Source: Oscillospiraceae bacterium (GTDB lineage: Bacteria > Bacillota > Clostridia > Oscillospirales > CAG-382). From it: a stretch of DNA of 64,000 nt. The notes below the pieces were generated by a model that had not been told where the DNA came from, did not search any database, and saw nothing but the letters and a program-made list of their open reading frames with translations. Where the stretch lies: the NCBI GenBank assembly GCA_015064625.1, contig SVRW01000001.1, positions 132,884 to 196,883 of the forward strand. Reading direction: 5' to 3'. Below, in pieces: positions 46,148 to 55,159 of the stretch. Position 1 is the stretch's first letter, and each line of letters begins with the position of its first letter. The position numbers and the translations under genes were made by a program.

Positions 46148-46647
46148 TATTGAACCTCCTTCCCTCTCAACTCACGCAAGATAGAAACTACCTTATCGGA
46201 AGTAAGGGAACCGTACGTTTCTTCATTTATCATCATAACAGGAGAAAGACTGCAGCATCCAAGACAAGCAACTGTTTTCAAAGTGAAAAGACCGTCTTTT
46301 GTAGTTTCTCCGTCTTTTATTTCAAGCTCTTCTTCTATAGTTTTCAGAATTTTAGCAGAGCCGTTAACATGGCAAGCTGTACCTTGACAAAGCATAATGA
46401 GATACTTGCCAATAGGCTGAAGTCTGAACTGGGTATAGAAAGTAGCAACGCCCATAACCTTTGCAGGTGTTGAAGAAGTTTTTTCGGCAATATAATAAAT
46501 TACGTCTGTAGGAAGATATCCGTATATCTCCTGAGCATTCTGCAGTATAGTTATTAAACTGCCTTTGACGGATGCATATTTTTCAAGTACACCGTCAAGA
46601 AGTGTCAGATCGCTCTTGTTTTTCGAGCAATTACATGAATTACACAT
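46147..46647 (-). CDS. NuoE/HydC-like thioredoxin-fold [2Fe-2S] subunit
   Basis: The ORF is 166 aa. The cluster ligands are CQGTACHVNG ... CLGCCSLSPVM. It overlaps the NuoF-like gene by 1 nt. Confidence 0.85.
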   Translation of the reverse strand: MCNSCNCSKNKSDLTLLDGVLEKYASVKGSLITILQNAQEIYGYLPTDVIYYIAEKTSSTPAKVMGVATFYTQFRLQPIGKYLIMLCQGTACHVNGSAKILKTIEEELEIKDGETTKDGLFTLKTVACLGCCSLSPVMMINEETYGSLTSDKVVSILRELRGKEVQ

Positions 46648-46693
46648 TTTAAAATCTCCGTATTTATTTAATTTTTATTATCTTTCGTAAAAA

Positions 46694-47055
46694 GTGAAGA
46701 ATGACTGCGTCTGTAAGCCGGGTTCTGTCTTAAGCGGTCATCTATCTTGGACTTACGTTACCGCAAGCCTCTTTGCCACCCAGGAGCTTGCCGAGCAAGC
46801 AATAACGCTCCCATACGGTGTTGCTCCGGATAGGGTTTACATGGCCGCACAGTCTCCTGTGCGCCGGTAGGCTCTTACCCTGCCTTTCCATCCTTACCCC
46901 GTTAAAACGAGGCGGTTTATTTCTGTTGCACTAGCCCTAAAGTCGCCTTCGGCGGACGTTATCCGTTATCCTGCTCTATGGAGCCCGGACTTTCCTCACT
47001 CCGTGACCTTTCGGTATGACGGGGCGCAACCGCTCGGCGCAGTCGGCTACTTCAC
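46694..47055 (-). ncRNA. rnpB: RNase P RNA (bacterial, apparently class A)
   Basis: This is a GC-rich block in AT-rich surroundings. The minus strand contains GAGGAAAGTCCGGGCTCCATAGAGCAGG (P4 5' strand region, plus-strand 46981-46997) and ACAGAACCCGGCTTA (46714-46728). The P1 pairing is GTGAAGTAGCCGACTGCG ... CGCAGTCATTCTTCAC. Confidence 0.9.
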
Positions 47056-47158
47056 CTAATTGTGTATTATACTACAGAAAATTTATTTTGTCAAATGGTA
47101 TTTTTGTCTTGATTATTCGAAAAAATAATATATAATATAAGAGATAGCAAAGTTTTAT

Positions 47159-48511
47159 ATGACAGCGAGGAAAGTTATGGGAAACAATACAGAATATTTA
47201 AACTCCTACAAAAGCAAAAGCATTGGTTTTGTAGGCGCTGGCATAAGCAATATGCCAATACTCAGGCTTTTTCTTGAAGAAGGAATTACAGTAACCCTGA
47301 GAGATAAAAAAAGCATTGATTCAATAAAAAACTATGAAGAACTTTTAGAAAAAGGAGTCACATTCCGTACAGGAGAAGATTATCTTTCTGATATATACGA
47401 AGACATTATTTTTCTCTCCCCTGCACTAAGACCCGATTTTCCTGAATTTCTTTCAGCAAAAGAAAGAGGAACGCTTATCACAACAGAACTTGAAGAATTT
47501 CTGAAGCATTGCCCCTGTACTACTATAGGAATAACAGGGAGCGACGGAAAAACAACAACTTCAACTCTTTGTGCAAAGCTTCTTGAAGCATCGGGTAAAA
47601 AGGTTTATTTAGGCGGAAACATTGGAGAAAATCTTTTCGTTAAGCTTTCTGAAATTTCAAAAAGTGATTTTGCAGTTATTGAAATATCAAGCTTTCAGCT
47701 TATGAAGATGAGCAGACAACCAACTATTTCAATTATAACAAACGTTTCTCCCAATCATCTTGACTGGCACACGGGAATGGATGAATACGTTTTTGCAAAA
47801 AAGAGAATTCTCTCACCATCACAGACAAGGAACGTATTAAACGGAGATGATGAAACAACGCTTTCGTTCAAAGGAGAAAATTCTGTTTTATTTGGCAAAA
47901 GCGAAAAAAACGATTTCAGATTTGATGATGAAGGTATTAGATTCGGCGGTGAATTGTTGCTAAAGGACGAAGATATTCTTCTTCCAGGTATACACAACAG
48001 AGCAAATTATTCAGCAGCTATTGCTGCGGTATACCCTTTCATAACAAAAGAAGCAATTCATTCTGTTGCAAAAAGCTTTGGAGGCGTTGAACATAGAATT
48101 GAGCTTGTTCGTGAGAAAGACGGAGTAACTTATTACAATTCTTCCATTGATTCAAGCCCGACAAGAACTGCCGCCGCTTTAAATTCATTTAAAGAAAAGC
48201 TTATTGTTATAGCTGGCGGATACGATAAAAATATTCCCCTTGAACCCCTCGGAGAATTATTCGAAAGAAAAGCAAAGGCTGTTATTCTAATGGGTAATAC
48301 AGGGCCTAAAATAGAAAAAATATTATGCGACGTTAAATATTCAGGAACTGTTATTAAAGCAACCGACATGGCTGACGCTGTAAAAAAAGCCTCATCTCTT
48401 GCATCAGAAGGCGATAAGGTTATTCTTTCGCCTGCCGCCGCAAGCTTTGATTTGTATCCGAATTTTATGTGTCGCGGAAAAGATTTCAAGGAAAAAGTAA
48501 ACGAATTATAA
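47159..48511 (+). CDS. murD: UDP-N-acetylmuramoyl-L-alanine--D-glutamate ligase
   Basis: The ORF has a Rossmann-like N-terminus (IGFVGAGISNMP), the Mur ligase P-loop GITGSDGKTTTS, NVSPNHLDWH, and HRIELV. Confidence 0.9.
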   Translation: MTARKVMGNNTEYLNSYKSKSIGFVGAGISNMPILRLFLEEGITVTLRDKKSIDSIKNYEELLEKGVTFRTGEDYLSDIYEDIIFLSPALRPDFPEFLSAKERGTLITTELEEFLKHCPCTTIGITGSDGKTTTSTLCAKLLEASGKKVYLGGNIGENLFVKLSEISKSDFAVIEISSFQLMKMSRQPTISIITNVSPNHLDWHTGMDEYVFAKKRILSPSQTRNVLNGDDETTLSFKGENSVLFGKSEKNDFRFDDEGIRFGGELLLKDEDILLPGIHNRANYSAAIAAVYPFITKEAIHSVAKSFGGVEHRIELVREKDGVTYYNSSIDSSPTRTAAALNSFKEKLIVIAGGYDKNIPLEPLGELFERKAKAVILMGNTGPKIEKILCDVKYSGTVIKATDMADAVKKASSLASEGDKVILSPAAASFDLYPNFMCRGKDFKEKVNEL

Positions 48512-48543
48512 TTTTAAATAAACAAATATAGGAGGTCTATCTT

Positions 48544-49581
48544 TTGGAATTATTTGAAAGAGCCAAAAAATTCACAGAAGCCCCAGGTGTTTCAGGCTTC
48601 GAAGAAATGGCTTTTGATACGGTAAAGGAATTGTGCGAAGATTTCTTCACCGAAATCAAAACCACATCCACAGGGAGCGTTATTGCTTACCGTCCTTGCG
48701 GAAAGCCAAACGCTAAAAAGCTTCTTCTTGATGCTCATCTTGATGAAATAGGAATGGTTGTTACAAAAATTTGTGACGGTGGTTTTCTCAAGGTGACAAA
48801 CTGTGGCGGTATCGACACGAGGGTACTTTCCGCAGGAGAAGTTTACATCTACGGTAAAAAAACAATAACTGGTGTTATTTGTTCAAAGCCACCTCACCTC
48901 ACGACAGATGAAGACAGAAAGAAAAAAATACTCTTGAAGGACATGGCTATTGACACAGGTTACACCAAAGAAGAACTTGAAGAAATAGTTTCTGTCGGAA
49001 CTCCCGTCGGCTTCAAGGTCAAAACCGAACGTTTAGGTAAAGATTTCGCTACAGGAAAATCTTTTGACGACAGAATCTGCGGAACTGTTATTTTAAGAGC
49101 TATTGAGCTTTTAAAGGATAAAGAGCTTAACGTCGATATATACGCTTTATTCAGTGGCGGAGAAGAAACAAACTACGTTGGTTCACGCCCAGGGGCATTC
49201 ATCGTTGATCCCGATTATGCTGTAGTCATTGACGTTTGCAACTGTGCTATTCCGGAAACTCCGAAATTCAGACAGACAAATTTCATAAATAAAGGCGGAG
49301 TTATTTCGTATTCCTCCACAACTTCGAGGAAGCTTACTCAAAAGCTTATAGACACAGCAAAAGAAAATGGCATACCTCATCAGGTTATTGCTGAAGCAGG
49401 ATACACGGGTACAAATGCAACGATGATTCAAATTGCACGCGCTGGAATTCCAACGGTTCTTATCTCTATTCCACTTAAAAATATGCATACTCCAGCAGAA
49501 ATAGGCTCCCTCAAGGACGTTGAAAACACTGCATTAGCTGTTGCCGCTCTTGCTGAAAGACTTGGAGGTGAAGATTTATGA
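48544..49581 (+). CDS. M42-family metallopeptidase (TET aminopeptidase / FrvX-YsdC-like), paralogue 1
   Basis: The motifs are APGVSGFEE, LLLDAHLDEIGMVV, SFDDRIC and FSGGEE. It starts at a TTG preceded by GGAGG. Confidence 0.8.
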   Translation: MELFERAKKFTEAPGVSGFEEMAFDTVKELCEDFFTEIKTTSTGSVIAYRPCGKPNAKKLLLDAHLDEIGMVVTKICDGGFLKVTNCGGIDTRVLSAGEVYIYGKKTITGVICSKPPHLTTDEDRKKKILLKDMAIDTGYTKEELEEIVSVGTPVGFKVKTERLGKDFATGKSFDDRICGTVILRAIELLKDKELNVDIYALFSGGEETNYVGSRPGAFIVDPDYAVVIDVCNCAIPETPKFRQTNFINKGGVISYSSTTSRKLTQKLIDTAKENGIPHQVIAEAGYTGTNATMIQIARAGIPTVLISIPLKNMHTPAEIGSLKDVENTALAVAALAERLGGEDL

Positions 49582-50594
49582 ATATAGAACTTCTTAAGAA
49601 ATTGTGTAACGCCTTTGGTCCTTCGGGGATAGAAGACGAAGTAAGAGATATCATTATAGAAGAAATCAAAGACTACTGCACCGATTTGAAAATCGACAAA
49701 GTCGGAAATGTAATTGCATTCAAAAAAGGTAAAAAAGATACGGGTAAAAAAGTTTTAGTATCTGCTCATATGGACGAGATAGGCTTTATGATAAGAACAC
49801 TCTCCGAAGAAGGATATGCTTATTGTGAAGAAATCGGTGGTGTTGAAAAAGCAGTTGTTGGTGGTAAAAGAATAGTTATCGGTGACAAAAGGCAATTTGG
49901 AGTTGTTTGTGCAAAAGCAATACATCTTCAGAAAGCTGAAGAAAGAGGCGTTTGTATTCCCATACACGAAATGTATATAGATTTAGGATGTGAAAGCCTT
50001 GAAGAAATTTCTTCTCTCATTTCTATTGGTGATGAAGCTGTGTTTGCACCTAACTTTGAAGAATTCGGAAGCGGTATGATTAAATCCAAAGCTCTTGACG
50101 ACAGAGCAGGGTGTTATATTCTTACGGAGCTTATTAAAAAAGACCTGCCCTGCGACACTTATTTTGCTTTCGTAACCTGCGAAGAAAACGGACTCAGAGG
50201 AGCTATTCCACTTTCTTTCAACTTGCAACCCGACGTTGCTATTGTCGTGGAGGCAACTACAGCCGCCGATCTTCCTGATACACCAGCGGGTGAAGAATGC
50301 TGTAAAGTAAGAGATGGCGCGGTTATATCTCATATGGATAGATCCACCATATACGATAAAGAGCTTTTCCAGAATGGAATTAAAGCTTTTGAAGATAAAA
50401 ACATCAAATATCAGGTTAAAAATTTTGTTGCAGGTGGTAACGATGCAAGAGCATATCAACAGTTTGCGGGCGGAAGCAAGGTTACAGCTCTTTCAGTACC
50501 AGTAAGATACATCCATTCACCTTGCTGTGTAGCTTCTATAGAAGATATAGAAAACACACAAAAAGCAGTTTTTGCTATGCTTGAAACTATTTAA
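49578..50594 (+). CDS. M42-family metallopeptidase, paralogue 2
   Basis: The motifs are AFGPSGIEDEV, VLVSAHMDEIGFMI, ALDDRAGC and TCEENGLRGA. It overlaps the upstream paralogue by 4 nt (ATGA). Confidence 0.8.
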   Translation: MNIELLKKLCNAFGPSGIEDEVRDIIIEEIKDYCTDLKIDKVGNVIAFKKGKKDTGKKVLVSAHMDEIGFMIRTLSEEGYAYCEEIGGVEKAVVGGKRIVIGDKRQFGVVCAKAIHLQKAEERGVCIPIHEMYIDLGCESLEEISSLISIGDEAVFAPNFEEFGSGMIKSKALDDRAGCYILTELIKKDLPCDTYFAFVTCEENGLRGAIPLSFNLQPDVAIVVEATTAADLPDTPAGEECCKVRDGAVISHMDRSTIYDKELFQNGIKAFEDKNIKYQVKNFVAGGNDARAYQQFAGGSKVTALSVPVRYIHSPCCVASIEDIENTQKAVFAMLETI

Positions 50595-50610
50595 TTCGGA
50601 GGAGAAAAAT

Positions 50611-51606
50611 ATGTACAATTTAATAAAGAAACTTACTAGCGCATTTTCAGTATCGGGATGCGAAGAAGAAATAGCTTCCCTTATCAAAGAAGAAGCATCT
50701 GCATTCGCTGATGAAATCGAGACAGATGCCATGGGTAATCTTATTTGTCTTAAAAAAGGCAAAGATTCATCAAAAAAAGTTATGGTTGCCGCTCACATGG
50801 ACGAAATCGGATTCGTTGTAACGAGCATTAACGATAAAGGCTTTATAAAAGTTTCAAATATCGGCGGTATCTATCCTGTATATTCTTCATATCAGAAAGT
50901 CGTTTTCCAAAACGGAACAAAGGGCGTTATAATCCTTGATGACAAAGCTTCAAAATCCGATGCAAAGGTTAAAGACATGGTTATAGATATCGGAGCTAAA
51001 AGCAAGAAAGATGCGCTCAAGAAAGTAAAAGTTGGTGATACCTGTGCTGTTGCTCCTTCTTTCACAAGACTTATGAATAACCGCATAACTGCAAAAGCAT
51101 TTGATAACAGAATCGGTGCGGCAGTTATCCTTCACAGTCTTAAAAACATTTCCACCCCTGCATACGATACGTACTACGTATTTACAGTTCAGGAAGAAGT
51201 TGGACTCCGTGGCTCTAAAGCTGCAGCATTCAATATCGCTCCCGATTATTCCTTGGCAGTTGACGTTACAAGAACAGGAGATGCTCCAGGGGTTGCACCT
51301 ATGGAATGTTCTCTTGATGGCGGTGCCGCCATTAAAATAAAAGACAGTTCTGCTATTTGCGCACCCAAAATGGTTAAAGCGCTTACAAAAGTTGCAGAGG
51401 ACAACAAAATCAAATATCAATACGAAATTCTTGAAGGTGGAGGAACTGATACCGCTTCCATGCAGACAACGGGTGCAGGTTCATTCGCAGGAGCTATTTC
51501 CGTTCCCGTAAGGTACATCCACTCCCCTGTTGAAACATTGTCTCTTAATGACGTTATGGCTTGCTCCAAACTTCTTACAGCATTCCTTGAAGCAGAAATT
51601 AAATAA
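50611..51606 (+). CDS. M42-family metallopeptidase, paralogue 3
   Basis: The motifs are AFSVSGCEEE, VMVAAHMDEIGFVV, AFDNRIGA and TVQEEVGLRGS. I prefer the start at ATG 50611, which is preceded by GGAGGAG. Confidence 0.8.
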   Translation: MYNLIKKLTSAFSVSGCEEEIASLIKEEASAFADEIETDAMGNLICLKKGKDSSKKVMVAAHMDEIGFVVTSINDKGFIKVSNIGGIYPVYSSYQKVVFQNGTKGVIILDDKASKSDAKVKDMVIDIGAKSKKDALKKVKVGDTCAVAPSFTRLMNNRITAKAFDNRIGAAVILHSLKNISTPAYDTYYVFTVQEEVGLRGSKAAAFNIAPDYSLAVDVTRTGDAPGVAPMECSLDGGAAIKIKDSSAICAPKMVKALTKVAEDNKIKYQYEILEGGGTDTASMQTTGAGSFAGAISVPVRYIHSPVETLSLNDVMACSKLLTAFLEAEIK

Positions 51607-51615
51607 TATAGATTT

Positions 51616-51653
51616 GCTGTCTTCGGTTTTATCCGAGGACAGCTTTCTTTGTT
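51616..51653 (+). terminator. intrinsic terminator after the M42 operon
   Basis: The hairpin GCTGTCTTCGG-ttttat-CCGAGGACAGC has one mismatch. TTTCTTTGTTT follows. Confidence 0.75.
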
Positions 51654-51662
51654 TAAAAGAAT

Positions 51663-51693
51663 TACGCCGCCTGCTTTAATTGCAAACGGCGTA
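51663..51693 (-). terminator. candidate intrinsic terminator after adhE
   Basis: The stem is TACGCCG...CGGCGTA. On the minus strand it is followed by ATTCTTTT. Confidence 0.5.
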
Positions 51694-51706
51694 TTATTCT
51701 ATAGGA

Positions 51707-54313
51707 TTATTTACCGTAGTATGCTCTGAGGAACATTTCCTTAATTTCACTCATAAGAGGATATCTGGGGTTTGCTCCTGTGCACTGGTCATCAAATGCC
51801 TGCTCAACCATATCATCAAGTCTGTCAAGGAAATCGTTTTCATCTACGCCATATTCCTTAATGGTGGATTTGATACCAACCTTTGCCTTGAGTTCATCAA
51901 TAGCTTTGATAAGGTTTTCAAGCTTTTCTTCGTCGGTTTTACCCTTAATTCCGAGGTAATCAGCAACTTCTGCGTATCTTGCCAAGGTATGAGGATGGTC
52001 GTACTGAGAGAACGTACCCATCTTAACAGGGGTTTCGCTTGCATTGAAGCGGATTACTTCATCAATCATAAGAGCGTTTGCAACACCGTGTGGCAAATGG
52101 TGGAATGCACCAAGCTTATGAGCCATTGAATGACATACACCGAGGAAAGCATTTGCGAAAGCCATACCTGCCATAGTTGCGGCATTTGCCATTTTTTCTC
52201 TTGCTACAACGTCGTTGAGACCGTTATCGTATGCTCTGGGAAGGTATTCAAATACCATTTTAAGAGAACGAAGTGCCATGGAATCAGTATAATCCGTAGC
52301 CATCATAGAAGCAATAGCTTCAAGTGCATGAGTTACAGCATCGATACCTGAAGCTGCTGTAAGTCCACGAGGTGCAGACATATGAAGGTCTGCATCAACT
52401 ATTGCCATATTAGGCATAAGTTCATAATCTGCAAGAGGATATTTTATACCTGTTTTTTCGTCTGTGATAACTGCAAAAGGTGTTACTTCAGAACCCGTAC
52501 CTGCTGACGTTGGAACAGCGATAAAATATGCCTTTTCGCCCATTTTTGGGAAGGTATAAACACGCTTACGGATATCAACGAAACGCATTGCCATATCCAT
52601 AAAGTCAGCCTCTGGATGCTCATAAAGAACCCACATTATCTTACCTGCGTCCATAGCAGAACCGCCACCCATAGCGATAATGCAATCAGGTTCAAATTCT
52701 TTCATAAGCTGTGCGCCTTCTTTTGCACAAGCAAGAGTGGGATCAGGTTCAACGTTGAAGAAGGTTGTATGAACGATACCCATTTCATCAAGCTTATCTG
52801 TGATAGGTTTTGTGAAACCGTTTTTGTAAAGGAAAGAGTCGGTAACAATAAATACTTTCTTCTTCCCCATTACGTTTTTCAATTCATCAAGAGCAACAGG
52901 CAAACAACCTTTTTTAATGTAAACCTTTTCAGGTGTTCTGAACCAAAGCATATTTTCTCTCCTTTCTGCAACAGTTTTTATGTTAATAAGATGTTTAACG
53001 CCTACGTTTTCACTTACGGAGTTTCCGCCCCATGAGCCACAGCCCAAAGTAAGAGAAGGTGCAAGCTTGAAGTTATAAAGATCACCGATACCGCCATGAG
53101 AAGCAGGTGTATTTACAACAATACGGCAAGTTTTCATTGTTTCAGTAAATAACTGGAGCTTTTCTTTTTCCGTATTTGTATTTATAAAGATGGATGCTGT
53201 GTGACCAGGGCCACCGTCGAGAGAAAGGCGTTCTGCCTTTGCAACTGCATCTTCAAAATTCTTCGCCTTATACATTGCAAGAATGGGAGAAAGCTTTTCA
53301 TGTGCAAATGCTTCAGAAATGTCAACGCTCTCAACTTCACCGATAAGAATTTTTGCATTTTCGGGAGTTTCTACTCCTGCAAGAGCGGCAATTTTATGTG
53401 CAGACTGACCAACGATTTTTGCGTTCAATGCGCCATTTATCAATATAACGTCACGAACCTTTTGAATTTCATCTTCTTTGAGGAAATAACATCCTCTTGC
53501 TTCAAATTCTTTCTTTACATCGTTATAAATGTTCTTATGAACAATAACAGACTGTTCAGAAGCACAAATCATACCGTTATCAAAAGTTTTTGAATGGATA
53601 ATAGAGTTTACTGATAAGAGAAGATCAGCGGATTCATCAATAATAGCAGGTGTGTTTCCTGCACCAACTCCAACTGCAGGCTTTCCGCTTGAATATGCGG
53701 CTTTAACCATTCCAGGACCGCCTGTTGCAAGAATGATATCTGCTTCACGCATAATAAGGTTTGTCATATCAAGTGTAGGAACGTCGATCCATCCGATGAT
53801 TCCTTCAGGTGCGCCTGCGGCAACAGCAGCCTCTAAAACTATTTTAGCTGCAGCAATTGTACATACCTTTGCTCTTGGGTGTGGGCTTATAATAATGCCG
53901 TTTCTGGTTTTAAGAGCTATAAGACATTTGAATATTGCTGTTGAAGTTGGGTTTGTTGTAGGAATAACCGCGGCAATCAGACCGATAGGTTCAGCAATCT
54001 TTTTCGTGCCGTAGGATTTATCTTCTTCGATAACTCCACAAGTCTTAACATTTTTATATGCGTTATAAATGTATTCGGAAGCATAATGATTTTTAATAAC
54101 CTTATCTTCAACTATTCCCATTCCCGTTTCAGCTACTGCATCCTTTGCGAGAGGGATTCTCATTTTGTTAGCAGCACTTGCGGCGGCAAGAAAAATTCTG
54201 TCTACCTGTTCCTGTGTATAGGTAGAGAACTTTTTCTGAGCTTCTCTGACCTGCTCAATGCGGGTCTTCAAAGTATCCACGCTGTCAACAATGCTGTATT
54301 TTTGGTTTTCCAT
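51707..54313 (-). CDS. adhE: bifunctional acetaldehyde-CoA / alcohol dehydrogenase
   Basis: The ORF is 868 aa. The N-terminal ALDH domain has ATGGPGMVKAAYSSGKPA and CASEQS. The C-terminal Fe-ADH domain has GGGSAMDAGK and the His cluster HSMAHKLGAFHHLPHG. Confidence 0.95.
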   Translation of the reverse strand: MENQKYSIVDSVDTLKTRIEQVREAQKKFSTYTQEQVDRIFLAAASAANKMRIPLAKDAVAETGMGIVEDKVIKNHYASEYIYNAYKNVKTCGVIEEDKSYGTKKIAEPIGLIAAVIPTTNPTSTAIFKCLIALKTRNGIIISPHPRAKVCTIAAAKIVLEAAVAAGAPEGIIGWIDVPTLDMTNLIMREADIILATGGPGMVKAAYSSGKPAVGVGAGNTPAIIDESADLLLSVNSIIHSKTFDNGMICASEQSVIVHKNIYNDVKKEFEARGCYFLKEDEIQKVRDVILINGALNAKIVGQSAHKIAALAGVETPENAKILIGEVESVDISEAFAHEKLSPILAMYKAKNFEDAVAKAERLSLDGGPGHTASIFINTNTEKEKLQLFTETMKTCRIVVNTPASHGGIGDLYNFKLAPSLTLGCGSWGGNSVSENVGVKHLINIKTVAERRENMLWFRTPEKVYIKKGCLPVALDELKNVMGKKKVFIVTDSFLYKNGFTKPITDKLDEMGIVHTTFFNVEPDPTLACAKEGAQLMKEFEPDCIIAMGGGSAMDAGKIMWVLYEHPEADFMDMAMRFVDIRKRVYTFPKMGEKAYFIAVPTSAGTGSEVTPFAVITDEKTGIKYPLADYELMPNMAIVDADLHMSAPRGLTAASGIDAVTHALEAIASMMATDYTDSMALRSLKMVFEYLPRAYDNGLNDVVAREKMANAATMAGMAFANAFLGVCHSMAHKLGAFHHLPHGVANALMIDEVIRFNASETPVKMGTFSQYDHPHTLARYAEVADYLGIKGKTDEEKLENLIKAIDELKAKVGIKSTIKEYGVDENDFLDRLDDMVEQAFDDQCTGANPRYPLMSEIKEMFLRAYYGK

Positions 54314-54341
54314 ATTTAAATCTCCTATATATGTATGATTA

Positions 54342-54962
54342 TTATTTCCATTTAAGATGAGTTGATAAAGCTGCGATCGATGCGGCTATATTTTGATTTT
54401 GTACTATAATATTACGTCTGACGTTCAAATGTGTTGGTGCGAAATTCCATATTGCACTAATTCCGCATTCAACCATATAATCGCAAACATTCTGTGCATT
54501 TACCGCAGGAACTGTTATTACACCAATCTGAACCTTATGTTCCTCACAAAACTCCTCGAGATGAGACAAAGGGAAAATTTTTTTCCCACTTGATGTTTCC
54601 CCGCAAGCATCAGGATTATTATCAAATGCTGCAAGAATATTTATACCATATTCTTTAAATCCGACGTAATCAAGAAGCGCTCTGCCAAGTCTTCCCGCAC
54701 CAACGATAACTGTTCCACGGTTTTCCTTGTATCCTAAATTAGTTTCAATTTCATCTATAAGGTCGGACACGATATATCCGATTTTCGGTTTTCCAGAACC
54801 GCTTATTGCGGCAAGATCTTTTCTCACGTTCACTTCGCCCATACACAGAGCTCTTGCAATAGCTGTTGCAGAAATGTTCTTCGGAGCATCCTCGGGTAAG
54901 GATTTTAAATAATTCAAATAAACAGGAAAACGCTCCAACATTCCATTTGATATTCTGGACAT
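54342..54962 (-). CDS. rex: redox-sensing transcriptional repressor Rex
   Basis: The ORF has an N-terminal winged helix (ISATAIARALCMGEVNVRKDL), the Rossmann motif VIVGAGRLGRAL, and the C-terminal NFAP. Confidence 0.85.
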   Translation of the reverse strand: MSRISNGMLERFPVYLNYLKSLPEDAPKNISATAIARALCMGEVNVRKDLAAISGSGKPKIGYIVSDLIDEIETNLGYKENRGTVIVGAGRLGRALLDYVGFKEYGINILAAFDNNPDACGETSSGKKIFPLSHLEEFCEEHKVQIGVITVPAVNAQNVCDYMVECGISAIWNFAPTHLNVRRNIIVQNQNIAASIAALSTHLKWK

Positions 54963-55089
54963 ATCTCCTCCTCCTTTGATTCAATTTTTTCTCAGTGTTG
55001 ATTATTATACCATAAAAAATAAAAATAGGTTATATCGTTTTTTATATATCGATATGCTTTTATCGATATTTCTTTATCGTTTAAAAATC

Positions 55090-55115
55090 CACGAAATTAA
55101 ACCTTTAATTTCGTG
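55090..55115 (-). terminator. perfect 12-2-12 palindrome downstream of the LysR gene (terminator or operator)
   Basis: The palindrome is CACGAAATTAAA-cc-TTTAATTTCGTG. On the minus strand it is followed by GATTTTTAAAC. It lies 44 nt past the LysR stop and about 130 nt upstream of the rex ATG. Confidence 0.45.
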
Positions 55116-55159
55116 CAAAATAGACAAAATCAAAGGTTTTTTGTTTTCGTTTGAGAAAT

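Noticed and set aside
46075-46473. 132-aa plus-strand ORF across the NuoF/NuoE junction
   Set aside because: It is antisense to two strongly supported Fe-S flavoprotein genes, so it is a shadow ORF.
49983-51420. 158-aa and 156-aa minus-strand ORFs inside the M42 peptidase genes
   Set aside because: They are antisense to well-supported paralogous peptidase genes, Cys/Phe-rich, and without an RBS or a recognisable family.
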